NCBI GenBank assembly: GCA_030704615.1
Contig: CM060732.1
Coordinates: 57,908,001-57,972,000 of the forward strand
Reading direction: 5' to 3'
From: Takakia lepidozioides
Lineage: Eukaryota > Plantae > Bryophyta
DNA: 64,000 nucleotides
Made by a program: the position numbers and the translations under genes. The notes below the pieces were generated by a model. The model saw only the letters and a list, made by a program, of their open reading frames with translations, was not told the DNA's origin and made no database searches. Below, one piece after another: positions 51,600 through 64,000 of the stretch (the stretch's first letter is position 1; each line of letters opens with the position of its first letter).

Positions 51600-53402
51600 C
51601 CTGTTGGCAGCCGGCATGTGTGTGAAGGGTGACCTTGCTTGTATTTCATTCGGCAAACCAATTGTTCCAAGTATTGCTCCCCATATTCACTTGAGGAGGT
51701 GCAGTGGAGTGCACACAGGGCTATGGAGAGATATGGCCCAACAGCAACAGCAACCACCCTCCATGGCCATTGATTTGTTGATGGGGTTGTGGTTGGTTGG
51801 ATGTGGTTGGGGGGGTGTTATTTCATAGATTGATAGATTAGGGACAGGAATGACTTAGTGGTAGGGTAATCACAGGGTGGCTTTCTCTCCACAGAAATCA
51901 CGTGTTGGAAGGCCGCACCCTCCAAACCAAAGCCTACCACTTTCCAAGAGCGCAGAGATCGCCCAATGGGCTACACACTATTTCTTACATACTTGGTTTG
52001 TAACACCACGATTTTGACCTGAACATTGAATTTCCTCATAACTTGTCATCGTAATACGTTGTTCTGTACAAGCTTGTTTCTTTACAAATTTATGACACTG
52101 GAACTCGGGAGCAAATCCAGTGCGCTTCTTAGCCGAGTACTCACCGCCCTTTTTTCAGTAGTGTATGTAATGTACACGGCTACGTCGTGCTCCCACCGTC
52201 GGCCCCCACTTGTTGTTGACGGGCCCATAAACCTAGGCGACGGGTTTGCCTCTGCGGGTCCCGTGTCCCGACTCCCGACCCAAGACCTACACAGTCGGGC
52301 TGTGTTTGCTCGAGATCCCCGTAAGCCCTACGCAGTCGGCTTAGAGTCTAGACGTGTGGGCAGGCCCAGGCTAACTTAGTGCCACTGCGGAAATGATGAG
52401 TTGGCAGCGATCGGGAGGAAATGAGGGTTTGTAGGGGTTAGTTTTGGATAGCACTGAGCAGTGAGCAGTAGATAAGAATGTTGTAGCCCGCATTAAATGC
52501 CATGGCACACTAAATGCCATGCCAATTAAGCCATCTCCATTCTTGAGATTGATACGGACGGGCTTCATTTGCAACAAAAAGATTTGCTACTCAGTAAGTT
52601 AGATCTCCATGAATCCCATGACATGTGGAGGAGATTATCGACAGTAAATAATGTGCGACGATTTCTGTCTGTATCGGTTTACTATATGCCCCTTGTTTGT
52701 GGCGGGCTTGGTGGTTGTGGTGTGTATTTAGGGATACTTGCAGAGCCCACCGAAAGGATCCGTAATAAAATGGATCCCTTACCCTCCTTATATAGTCTTT
52801 GGAGGCGGTGGTGGAGCCTTCTAGAAGGGGGCCCACCGCTGCTTCTGGAAGGTGGCCCCCATCCCACATGTGCGCAGCCTGTGGAGCCATTTCCAACCTC
52901 TCCAAGCCTCGTGTCGGCCCCACTGATTGGCTCTTCCCACACTGTCGGGTTGCCTGACCTTCTCAAACGGGAAGTCTCAGGTGTAAGACCCCTAGGGCCC
53001 TACGAAATTCGTAATGAAGGGACACGTTGGTTTTCTACGCTAGTGAAGGGCAGCTGATGAGGCCCTTCCACCGTTGGTCCAGATCCGGGTTCGGGTTCAT
53101 TTCAAAACTGAACTGGGGTCCGGGTTCAGGTTTTTGGTGATATCATGGGTCCCGGACCCGCGAGGTACCGAACCTGCACAACAGTGGAGGAAACCCACCC
53201 TCACCCACTTGGTGGGGCATTCTAAGGGGGGCCCACCGCCACCTTCAAAAGAAGAGGTACCTCGTTAATGAATTTGCTCTGCATGTAGGTATACATCTCG
53301 AAGTTATTATTTTGGGCTCCCACGCGAGATAGATGTAGGCGATAAATATGGCGATATTTGGAGCCAAGTCCCGGGCGAGACCTGCGTGGCCCATTCGCAA
53401 GT

Positions 53403-53518
53403 GGCGGGAAAGGGCGCGAGAAAATAGCGCGGGAAGACCAACTGCGTGGCCCCGTGTGGCTGCTGTTGTGGCTTCTTTACGTGTTCATGAAGTTTAGGTC
53501 TTGTCACCAAAACCCTAA
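53403..53518 (+). promoter_or_regulatory. Putative RAD16 promoter elements: E2F site and telo-box
   Basis: GGCGGGAAA (reverse of TTTCCCGCC) at 53403-53411, a second GCGCGGGAA at ~53427, and AAACCCTAA at 53510-53518. Confidence 0.5.
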
Positions 53519-53919
53519 ATCTCTCCTAGAAAATGGATGAGAATCTCAGTATTCTGGTGGATGCAGTGGTGACAGTCAGTGTAAATTTGGCCCAACGGAT
53601 GAAAATTGGTAACAGTTATGCGAACGAAGCGAAACATCTCACCTCCGTCTCTCGTGTCTCTCGAAAGAAGAGAGGAAGAGAATATACGATGCAGTGGTGC
53701 TCTGGAGCGATGGGAGAGCAGGAGGAGGAAGCAGAAATAGCGATGGGCAACAAGACGTAGCAAGGCGAATAAGTTGCAGAAACAAGGTCACACTTTGTTG
53801 TCTTGAGATGTTAGCAACAAGTGTCGGTTTGCGGTACATTGAAGCCGCAAGTGTGTGCTAAGTGGCTGTTTGTAGCAGGCGCAATCCGACAAGTGAGAAG
53901 GTGGATTCGGTGTGCGATC

Positions 53920-56900
53920 ATGGCTCGCGCCAGACGCCGCGCTGCCAAGAGAAGCATTGAGAAAGGTGCGAGTTTCTATCCTACCTGAAATCGTAGGTAT
54001 AGGATTGTTGTAGTGGATTGTTGTGTGAGAGGGAGAGAGAGAGAGAGAGAGATCTGCGATAGGCTGGCTACGCTTGAGGCACGTTCCGCCAGGGATATCA
54101 ATTCTTCTCACTTTAGTCCGTCTTGTGTCGGAGGACGATGGTGGAAGTATGCAGTGGGTATGGGGATGTATTCATAAGAAGTTTGGCGGGGTTTTCGGAT
54201 CATAGATATACCTATCTCATATATCCGCTGGGTTACCAGCAAAATTCAGGTCTCATTTTAGTGTAGACCAAGTAGGTGATCTTCATCAGATGAGGAAGCC
54301 CGTTTCCTGGTAGCACAATACATGTGCTATGTTGTGATGCATTGGTCTGTGCGTGGAGCAGTGAGGAAGCTGATGGCTGACAACCTCGACGGTTCGAGTG
54401 ACCAGAATATAGACTCTGGAGAGGCCAACAACAGCAGCGATGGTCTGTCTCTCTTCCTCTCCCGTGGATGTTATACAGTTTCTTCCCATATTTCTATCTC
54501 GAATGTGTCCCATGGGCCTACGGCTGTCCCAGAGACTGCTAGAAATTATCTCGTTCTTCTATCTTTTGGATTGGAAAGGGAGGAACGCTATGGAAACTTA
54601 ATCAACTATCACAACAAATGCTGACTCTGGTGGGTTCAGCAACTCTTCTTCTGCTCCTTTTTAATCTGCCTGACATTGTTTCGCTTGCTTGTAACTTGTT
54701 TTCTTTTTAATTGCTGGACCTATGCAGATTCTGAAGATGAACTGGTGATCCAGCCAGCTAGGGTCAAAGGTTCAGCAAGAAAACGGGGTGCTGGGGTGGC
54801 CGACATGGTCTCATTGCCAGGTAAGGCCAAGAAACAGCAGAAATCCACCCACAACCAGCTGACACAGAGAAGGCACCAGATTGTCTCTTCAGACATTGAA
54901 TCGGAGACTGACAATTCGGATTATGAAGTTCCTGCTGACATTTCAGAAAGCAGTGAGAGTGGGAGTGATGGGGAATGCGCCCAGCAGAAAACACGGTGAG
55001 TTAGTTGGACTGTCACTAGGGTAATATTGAGTCTGTTTGATGTCTTTCTCAACTCACTGACCAGTCCCACAGCCCTGTTGCCTCTTGACCGTACTCAGTG
55101 TTGATGAAGTAATTCCTTGTGTATCACTTGATCAAATCACTGTCAACGTTCATTTGAGTCAAATGGTCTAAGGGCCCCAGTACACATAAGAATTTCAGTG
55201 TGCTGTTAGATGCAGTTAGAAGAAAGCCTACAAAAATTTGACTGCCAGGTTTGTGGACCCCTTGGTTCCGTGCAAGTGTGTCTTCTTTGGAGACAAGGTG
55301 TTCGGTGGAGAAACGAGGTCTATGTAAAATGATCGGAGGAAACCTACATTGCTGGAACTGTCACAGTCCTGTCTTATTACAGTTAACCAGTCTCCTCATG
55401 AACTGTGTATGAGCAAGTTAACCACCCAACCTTGAATTCTCATCTTGCTACTTGCTAAGGAGTACTCTCTAAGTCATATAGGCTGCCCCCGAGGATTTCC
55501 CTCCTTGCTCTGAGAATACCCTTTGGTATTCCCTCACTTGCTACTTGGCCTTTGCCATTCTGAGTGTTCACCTTCCCTTGCTTAGTCATAAGACTCTTCA
55601 GCTTCTGATATGTCCTACTATTTCTAGCCTTGCTTAGGCACTAAGCTAGGCTTGCTAACCTAGTCCATGACATTCTCTACCCTGCCAAGTCATTGTCCTC
55701 AATGACAAACTCTGGGTACTGCTGCTTCAATGTTTGCTCACACTACCAAGTGGCATTGGTAAGTGGAAGCTCATACCATGCAACCAAACACTCAGTGTGC
55801 TGTAAGATGCAATTAGAGGGAGAACATAAGCTTACAAAAACTTGACTGCCAGGTTTGGTGGACACCTTAGTTTCATGCAAGTGTCTTCTTTGGAGGCAAT
55901 GTGTTCAATGGAGATATGAGGCTATGTGAATATTAAGGGTTTGATCGGTGGAAACCTACATTTCTGGGACCCTCAGCAATGTGAATTTGCGGTTGGCAGA
56001 TGCTCCTGATGTTTTCCTCACATAGATTTCTGACATGCCTATTATCCTCCGGACTTTGTGGTCATGTGTTTGGCAGGCAAAGGGGTGCTCCCTGTAGTGC
56101 TTCCAATTCAGAAGAGAGTGAGGATCTGGACTTGGGCGCTACCACAGGCAGTGCAAACAAACTCGTGGTGAAGAAGAAAGCCACTGCAGCTGCCAGGAAA
56201 GCACAAGAGAAGAAAAGAAAGAAAGAAGGGAAGACGTGGTGGGGTAGCAGCAACAGAGTTGGATTGGGAAAGGTGGGAGCGCGAGCTGGAGGCCACTTGG
56301 GGGCCCTGGGGCGACAATGATGGTGAGATAGACATGGAGGACTTGGTGAAACGAAACCAGCTGCTTGAACAAAGAGAGCCTCCTCCTGAGCTTCTCATGC
56401 CATTGCTGCCGTTCCAGAAAGAGTGGCTGGCTTGGAGTTTAAAGCAGGAAAGTTCTGCCATGCGGGGAGGGATTCTGGCCGATGAAATGGGCATGGGGAA
56501 AACCATTCAAGCCATTTCACTGATTATTACCAGTCGTGCTGACCAGAGAATTGCGCAAACTCTGTCAAACAGAGACAAACAGTCAATTGACAAGTTTCCT
56601 CTCAGTGGAGGAATTGATCTGAATCTGAAGCCCCAGTTCAATGGGCTTAATGATGAGTCGAGATTGATAGCAGGGGCATCCACGTCATCAGGTCTGATTT
56701 CAAAACCTTCTTGTGAAGGTGAAGGAGAGTTGCCGCAGGTGAAGGCAACTCTTGTTGTCTGCCCATTGGTTGCCGTCATCCAATGGCGCAATGAGATTGC
56801 AAGGTTCACAGCAAGTGGAAGCACAAAAGTTCTTGTATACCATGGGCCCCGCCGAGGTATTGGGCTCACTGAGCTCTCCAAATACGACATTGTGCTGACA

Positions 56901-59900
56901 ACATATGCAATTGTGGAACAGGAGCACCGCAAGAACGTGATGCCACCTAAAGAGGCATGTAAGTGGTGCTCGAAGCTCTATTATCCAGACAGAATGGCTG
57001 TTCATCTACGTTTTTTCTGCGGGCCTGACGTGCGCAACAAGAAGCAAGCCAAACAGGTTAAGAAAAGTCCGCGCATGAGCAAAAGCTCGCTAGTGAAGGG
57101 GAAAGCTGATAGAAAGTTGAAGATGTCAGCTGTGCTGGGAGAAGAAGAATATGATTCTTCTGCTGTGGATAAAATGAAAGGGAAGGGCCGAGGCAGAGGA
57201 CTGGGAAGAGGTAGAGGAGAGGTAGGTTTTGCAAGGACAAAAGTTGGGTTGAGGATGAGATAGAAACTGCAGATGATTGTCTGAAAGGAGGGAGAGGTAG
57301 GGGCAGAGGGGGAGGAAGGGGAAGGGGCAGGGGAAGAGGAAGGAAGGTTGTTGCTGCTGAATTGGAAGAAGCTCTGGAGGAAGCTCTGGAAACAGTACAT
57401 GACTATGATGACAAGGGCATCTCAATCAAGGGAAACTCTGTATTGCATTCCGTGAAGTGGGCACGCATAATCTTGGATGAGGTGTGATTTCTTCTTGACT
57501 TCAGCCTAGCATGTAGTCTCCATGACAGGTTCTCGATGAATAATCACCTGTAATATGTGATAAGAGAGGGAAAACATTTTTGTATTTGTCTGTTAGACTT
57601 GTTCAGTGAGACAGGACAGGTTGCATGTGTTTAATGTCCTTGTTTTTTAAACAAGGAGGCCATTGGTCTCTTCGGAAGAGCTTGAATGGGCAACCTCTAT
57701 CTTGGGAATGGATGGTCTCTTGCAGTAGCTGAATGAAATTCATCGCCAAAAAACATACAATATAGTGGTAGGATAAAAGGATGTCAGGTTAGTGAAAGCT
57801 GGCCTGGGAATTGGTGAGGGAGACAACAGGCACATTCTATAAAGGACCGTCGATGCAGCACAGCAAAAGCAGTGTTTGCATTGAAGTCGCTGCATAAGTG
57901 GGCTCTCAGTGGCACTCCTTTGCAGAACAGAATGTTTGTTGTCTTTTTTGTGTTTCTTTTATAATTTTCTTTCATGGTTGGTTTGGTGTCTTACTCTTCT
58001 CCTCAATGATCTGTTGTTTTTGGATTTTTGGATTTTTCTCTTCTCCACTCCTTTTCCTTTGCTCTTGCCACTTCTGGGGTTTTTAATTAAATGCTACTTT
58101 GACATGATTGGTTGTTTTTGGCAGGTGCGGTTCCTGGAGATTTATCCCTACTCCTATTATTTCTGCAGAGCCTGCGATTGCAAGTCACTGGACTATCGGT
58201 AGCCCTTTTTCCTTGCTCATTTGTGCCAACAAGAACCCTTACCTTGAATATTCAGATTTGAACCAGCAGGCATCAACCAGTCTTACATGAAACAGACTAT
58301 CAGACCTTGCTTGTCACTGTCATGACACCAGATATATTGGATAGATACATCTAAGCAGGGGACCTCCCTGCTGGGTGTTGGCAGGTTCGGGAAGAACTGG
58401 AGAAAATGTGATGAATGCGGACACTCTCCACTGTACCATTTTTGCTGGTGGAACAAGGCATGTCCTCCCCTTTCCTTGTCTTCTGTCAGTAAATCAAATT
58501 CCTACTGTGTTCCTCAACAGTGCACATGGATTTCCTTGATTGTGTGTCTGGCATCAGAAGTTGTTAGACAATGAGAGATGTACATATTAGACTTACATGC
58601 CGTAGGCTTTTGGCCTCTAAAACCTGTGTTCGTCTGTTTTGGTGGGAGGAGGGGGTGGTAAAAGAGAGAGGTGCTAACAGTGTTGAGATGGGGCATGCAC
58701 TCGAGGCAGTTTATAGCAAATCCAATCAAGAAGTGGGGGTATGTGGATGAGGGACGGAAGGCAATGCTGCTACTGAAGTACAAGGTATTGGACAGCACTT
58801 TGCTTCGACGCACCAAGACAGAGCGTGCTGCCGACCTTGCCCTTCCACCGAGAACTGTGAGTTTCTACCTTGTGTCTTTAGATTATTTGTTCAATATCTT
58901 CCTTTGCCACATCGATTACTGTATGTCGTTCTCTGCTTGTGTGTCTATATTCACTGTGGCAAACATGAAGTACATTATTCTGATCAACTGATTCACAGAT
59001 TGCCCATGCAATCTCTGTTGTTGGTATTTAGCGCACCGTGCATTAGCTTTAGGATATTTTTATGCTTAGTAATCCCTAAAGGGCTGCAACTTTATTCACC
59101 TCAGACTGCAAAATCTGCACCTCTGGCCACCCTTCTAGTCATAACTAAAAACATGCACAGATCTACACAACTAGACCGTTGAACCATGTTCCTAACTGCA
59201 TCCCCTACCTTCACCTAAACTTTCATGGCATTTTTCCCTCGGAATTGGAATCTTGTAACTTTTTTGTGAGCATATAACGTTTTTCCAACATTTGCAGCGC
59301 AGGAAAACAATTCACAAATCTGTTCAAAATTCCTACATGGCTAAGCCAATTGAAATCAGACTCTACAGGAACATGCCTCATGATGTTGGCCACCTTATAC
59401 TACTTTTTCAGAGTTTTTGGACAAGATGTTGGTGTCCAGAACTGCATTTTCTGCACTTTTTGCCACCTTGGTTTTGGGTAAATTTGGGTGTGTTGTGTGG
59501 AAAACTGGACGACCCTAATGTTGTCAATCAAGTATGGAAGGTCCTCGTAAATTTTTTGTTGACTATTTTGTTATAATACCTCCAATTTGCTCGGCTCCTT
59601 TGTTTCTTAGGGCTTATCCAGTGGCCACCCCTCTGAAGATGGGGTCACCCCTGCCAGTCACCCCTCTGGGACAACGAGCCCCACCCCAGCCGTGCAGAGG
59701 GCTGGACCCTCAACACCCCCTCCCTTATCTGCAGGTACCCGCCAGCCCTGCCAAACGGGCAGCAGGCAAGGCATATCCAGGGTCAATCTGCCCGCATGTC
59801 ATGATTTTGGTTGCAAAAGTCGTCTTAACTTTCTGCCATCAGCACCAATGGGCCTCAGGCAGGTGCCATTGGAAAGCCCTTGTGCCGGGCTACATTATAG

Positions 59901-62900
59901 CTGTTTACTGCAGGTCAATCAGATTCGAATCCAGGAAGATACAGGGGTTTGAGAAAAGGGGTGAGACCTGACCTTTAGGGGTTAAGAACAACCTTGTACA
60001 ACGCAAGCATTTGAAGTCAGAAGTAACTTCAAATTTCATGCCTGTGTTGTGGGCAGGCCTACCTTCGACGGGATGCTTTTGATGCTAGGGAAGACGATTT
60101 CTATCAAGCCCTTTACACACAGAGTCAGTCTCAGTTTAACACGTAAGTTCTCTCTCCTTGTTCCTTCACACCAGAATGGTCTATGGTTGACCTTCATCTG
60201 GCACTGATTCTCTGTGCTCTATTTAGCTCTAGTGCTCTATTTGTTAGTTCTGCACCACGAGCTATTTGGGCTATTTTTGGATGTTCTAAGCTCACTTCTT
60301 TCTGTGTCTTTCTCATTCTATGGGGTTCAATTTTTCATAAGTCTGGATCAAAAATCTTTGTCATCACAAGTGGGCCAATGCCTATCAGCCAGCTGTGGCG
60401 AAAGTTGCCTCACAGCTCTCAAACATGCTGATGAAGTCTTGCAGTCAAACCTCACCTGGGCACTGTCAAATTCTTTATCACGAGCGTGCACATATCTGAC
60501 TTCAGAAAGAGTTTATACGGGTACTGCATCAGAGCTGTATCTTCATCTCAATTTTAAGGGGTGTTACTTGATGCATCCGGCATGAGCACACCCATGTAAG
60601 GCAGGCCAATTTTAGTTTAGTTTGAGGTAAAAGGGGAGTATGGAAGGATCACCACATTGCCATTGAGGAAAGTAAAATGTACCTGTGACAGTTATGTTAC
60701 AGCTGGAACGCTTGTGAACAACTATGCCCACATCTTTGATCTTCTCACACGTCTCCGACAGGTATTTCCCATTTGGCATCATGGTTGTAAAGCTGGCCTT
60801 CAGTTTGTTGCCGGTTCTCAGGAGTTGCATCAATGCAGTTGAAATAAGTTTATTGACCTCTCTTCCATCCAACCCATTCACAGTTTCTCTTCTGCTGCCC
60901 TTCTCTTGTTTCTTTCCATCTCTCTCACTTCCTGGCTTGATCATATTCACCCAGGAATGTTTTACGATTAGGCGTTTGTGGGGCAGTAGGATAGAACTTA
61001 CTCTCATAGCATGCACCTCTGATACGAGGCACTAGAAAGGACTTGTTCTCAGTGGCCTTGTAAATGCATATTAGGGGATGCTCACCATTAAGGGAGGAGG
61101 AACCAAGCCCACTTCCCATAAAAGAAAACCTCGTAATATTTTAGCAAAAAACTGGTTGGTTTTTTAGTCACATGTCTATTGACAATCCTTCTCTTGGACT
61201 TTTCTTTGTGAAGGCAGTGGATCATCCATATTTGGTGGTTTATTCTGCAACAGCATCAGCAAAGCGTGAAAAAACATCATTGTTTGATCCATTGGCTGTT
61301 GAGGAAGCTTGTAGCATCTGCCACGATCCTGCTGAAGACCCTGTGGTATGTGTGTGCTGTTGGTTTTTGTAGGCTGCTTATCGTTCAGGTCTGGAGCACG
61401 GATCAGGATTTTATTAACATTAGGGCGTACTGAACAATCTTTCACAATACCAGTGGAACTCTGCATGTCTTGCTTCTAAGAACCTTCTCAGAAGTTGCCC
61501 ATAGATCTCAGGAGGGATGTCGAGAGGTTAGATGGCATGATGATTTAGAAACTGGGGATTTCTTTTAAGCTGGTGAGTTGGTCTAGTTTGTTGTAGGCCG
61601 TGTCCCCTCCCCTACTTTGGAACCAACTGTCAGTGATCCTGCGTTTGCTAAGCCCATTTTGGCAATGAATATGGTGGTGGTGACTGGAGCTGGAGGATGA
61701 AGACTGTGGAAGTTCTTTCTGTCAAAGACGGGGCTTGATTGGCTGGTTGATGTGCCTTGACTCGACTGTCTTAAGCCCTAAAGTTTGGTAAATGTCATGT
61801 GGGAGTGTGAATTAGAGCACAGGATGTCATCATACATTCTGCCGCACTTGTGTGCAAGAATATGTCGCTGCAGCAGGGGGCGGATTGGGTGGAGGCCAGT
61901 CCCCACAGTGCCCGACCTGCCAGAAACCTCTCACGGTGGACCTGATGGGAGCAAAAAGAGGTGCTGCCAAGGAAGATGCAACTAAAGTGCTGGGCTACAA
62001 ACGCACCAGCATTTTGAGTCGCATTGATCTTGATCAGTTCCAAACCAGCACCAAAATTGACGCCCTCGTAATTTCTCACCGTCTCTTCATTTTTTTCTCT
62101 TTGACCTTCTGTCAGTATCACCTAGATGTTGCTCCCAGCTCTAAAAACTTTCTAACGCCGCTTCTTTTCCAGAGTCTGCTGTGTTCAATCCCACAGCCTG
62201 CTCCGCAAAACAGGTGGTGTACTGTGACTGTGTCTTCAAGATACATCGGAGGGAAGGCTGACATGGAACAGTCAGTGGGTGATATCATTCTGTCTGATGA
62301 AGAAAACGGAGGCTGACTATTGGTGCTTTTGTATGTTGTACAGAGAGAGGAAGTCAACCTGATGCTGCAGAGGGATTCAGCAGCTAAGGGCATTGTGTTC
62401 AGCCAGTTCACTTCAATGCTGGACCTAATTGGTTTTTGCCTTCAGAAGGTAGGCGGAGTGCTTATATGGTCCTGGAATCTGGTTCCGTGTTGATTCATAT
62501 TCTATAGTTATCAGTGGGGAGCACTATCTGCAGTGTTTAACTAATTTGAGTACTTCAATCTGATGAGGGTGGGCCATTTTGGGGGTGAGAAATGATCCAG
62601 TCAGGAATCAACTGTGTCAAGTTGGATGGAAGCATGAGTATGATGGCGCGGGATAAGATGATTGAAAGTTTCACCCATGACCCTGATTGCAAGGTAATCG
62701 GTTCTCCTTATGTAGCGTAGGGGACTCGTCATGGAGACCCCCCTGGTTTTGGAGTACAATATATTCTTTCAAAAGACGCAAATGAACTGTAGTAAGTTGT
62801 TGCATGCCATGACCTCAGGTTGGCGTCTCCACTTTGCTTGCCTCGATTTCTCATTCTGTTCACTTCTGACCCTGTTTTCACATGTATCTTGAACATTGTA

Positions 62901-63990
62901 AGCATGGCTATACAAAGAATATCCTCTTATACACATGTGCTAACTGTATTTAACTCATGCCCTTGTTTCCTCATGGAGCAATCCATCCCCTCTACCCTAG
63001 GTCCCACATTTGCTGCATGCAGGCCTATTGGTGCTCACCGGTATATGTTGTTATGTATTTCCCTTGATGTTACACTTGCAGGTGTTTCTGATGAGTTTGA
63101 AGGCAGGAGGGGTAGCTCTCAACCTGACAGTGGCATCCCATGTGTTTCTGATGGACCCATGGTGGAACCCAGCAGTGGAGCAGCAGGCACAAGACCGTAT
63201 TCATCGCCTGGGCCAGTACAAGCCCATCAAGTTGGTACCGTTTGACCTTCTTCATAGAGTTTTTCCTAACCAGCTTCATGGAAGTTTTAGTAATTCTTAG
63301 GGAGGTAGTCCCTTCTGAGGGCAGTAGAATAAATAATTCCCCGTCACCCCTGGTACTCAGTTTCCCAGATCAATTCTCCTCTTGTAGTGACGCTTAATTT
63401 GTGTGAAAATAATCAGTCAATTTTCTGACCAAAGGGTGATGGTGGGTAATGCAGAGTAACTAGATTCGTTATTGAAAACACAATTGAGGAGCGCATTCTC
63501 AAATTGCAGGAGAAGAAACAACTGGTTTTTGAAGGGTAATGAACTCTTTCCCCCCAACCCACCTTTCTCATGATGGGCAAAATATTGCCTTAGAGGTACG
63601 GGAAAAGTAACATTCTCGGTTGCCTGTGGAAAGTAATCAGAATAGAAACTGCATGTTTTACAATTTATTTGTTTGTGTTTAGAATCCCATTTGAGGGAAA
63701 TATCTTTGCTTTGCGAATATGCTGTGGGGCTATGCCCAAGACACTGGTCACGTTGGTATTTGGTGTCAGCCTGGCCTGAAGCACAGAAAATGTGTCAACA
63801 TGAAGTATTGCAATTGGAACTGGTTCATTGGCATGGATCCCCTTTGTCCAGAAATGCATAGCAGGGCACAGGTTCCGGTGTTGCTCATGATTGTTTTCTG
63901 TTTATTTGCTGATTCAGGACAGTGGGAGGATCAGCAGAGGCACTTGGGAGGTTGACAGAAGACGACTTGCGTTTTCTTTTCACAAATTAG
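53920..63990 (+). CDS. RAD16: RAD16-like SNF2 helicase with RING finger (multi-exon; apparent frameshifts and a small deletion in this sequence)
   Basis: Motifs [71 protein letters not shown], a C3HC4 [47 protein letters not shown] and DLRFLF. The start exon [15 protein letters not shown] is inferred. Confidence 0.9.
55195..55970. repeat. Diverged ~170-bp direct repeat pair in RAD16 intron 2 (55195-55360 and 55792-55970)
   Basis: tcagtgtgctgt.agatgca...ttgactgccaggttt...gatcgg.ggaaacctacatt occurs twice. Confidence 0.8.
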
Positions 63991-64000
63991 AGCAAGGTAT

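Noticed and set aside
52180-53270. GC-rich GGGCCC/GGGTTC-motif patches and ORFs between SDR and RAD16
   Set aside because: Probably MITE remnants, but no TIR/TSD pair or protein motif could be established.
53533-53760. ORF upstream of RAD16 as an alternative first coding exon
   Set aside because: It ends in a stop without a compatible donor, whereas the ATG at 53920 splices in frame to exon 2.
56108-57425. Long antisense ORFs over RAD16 (and similar ones over the CACTA transposase and Gypsy RT)
   Set aside because: These are shadow frames of the real coding strand.

Overview
Eukaryotic nuclear DNA from a land plant. A non-seed plant such as a bryophyte is inferred from the PLS-PPR style and the transposon (TE) lineages. 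The first ~47 kb is a nested TE island. It holds a full-length Ty3/Gypsy chromovirus with both LTRs, a TSD, a tRNA-iMet PBS and two tandem paralogous micro-ORFs before gag. This chromovirus sits inside a GCGACCGCC-hairpin array belonging to a hAT-transposase-bearing element with a CACTG-like end. Next come an inverted duplication of a decayed 2OG-Fe(II) dioxygenase gene with TET/JBP-like motifs, non-autonomous CACTA, hAT, Mutator and piggyBac-like elements, and PPR and ABCC gene fragments. After these lie a rearranged, apparently self-priming Gypsy element, a CACTA/En-Spm element carrying a spliced SET-domain gene next to its transposase, and a Gypsy integrase ending in a PHD finger. The last ~16 kb holds two host genes on the + strand: an intact 8-exon TIC32-like short-chain dehydrogenase and a RAD16-like SNF2/RING helicase with three apparent lesions. 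The most notable signal is TE-associated chromatin-modifying cargo (SET writer, TET/JBP-like oxidase, chromo and PHD readers). All domain calls come from reading motifs by eye and need HMM or structure confirmation.
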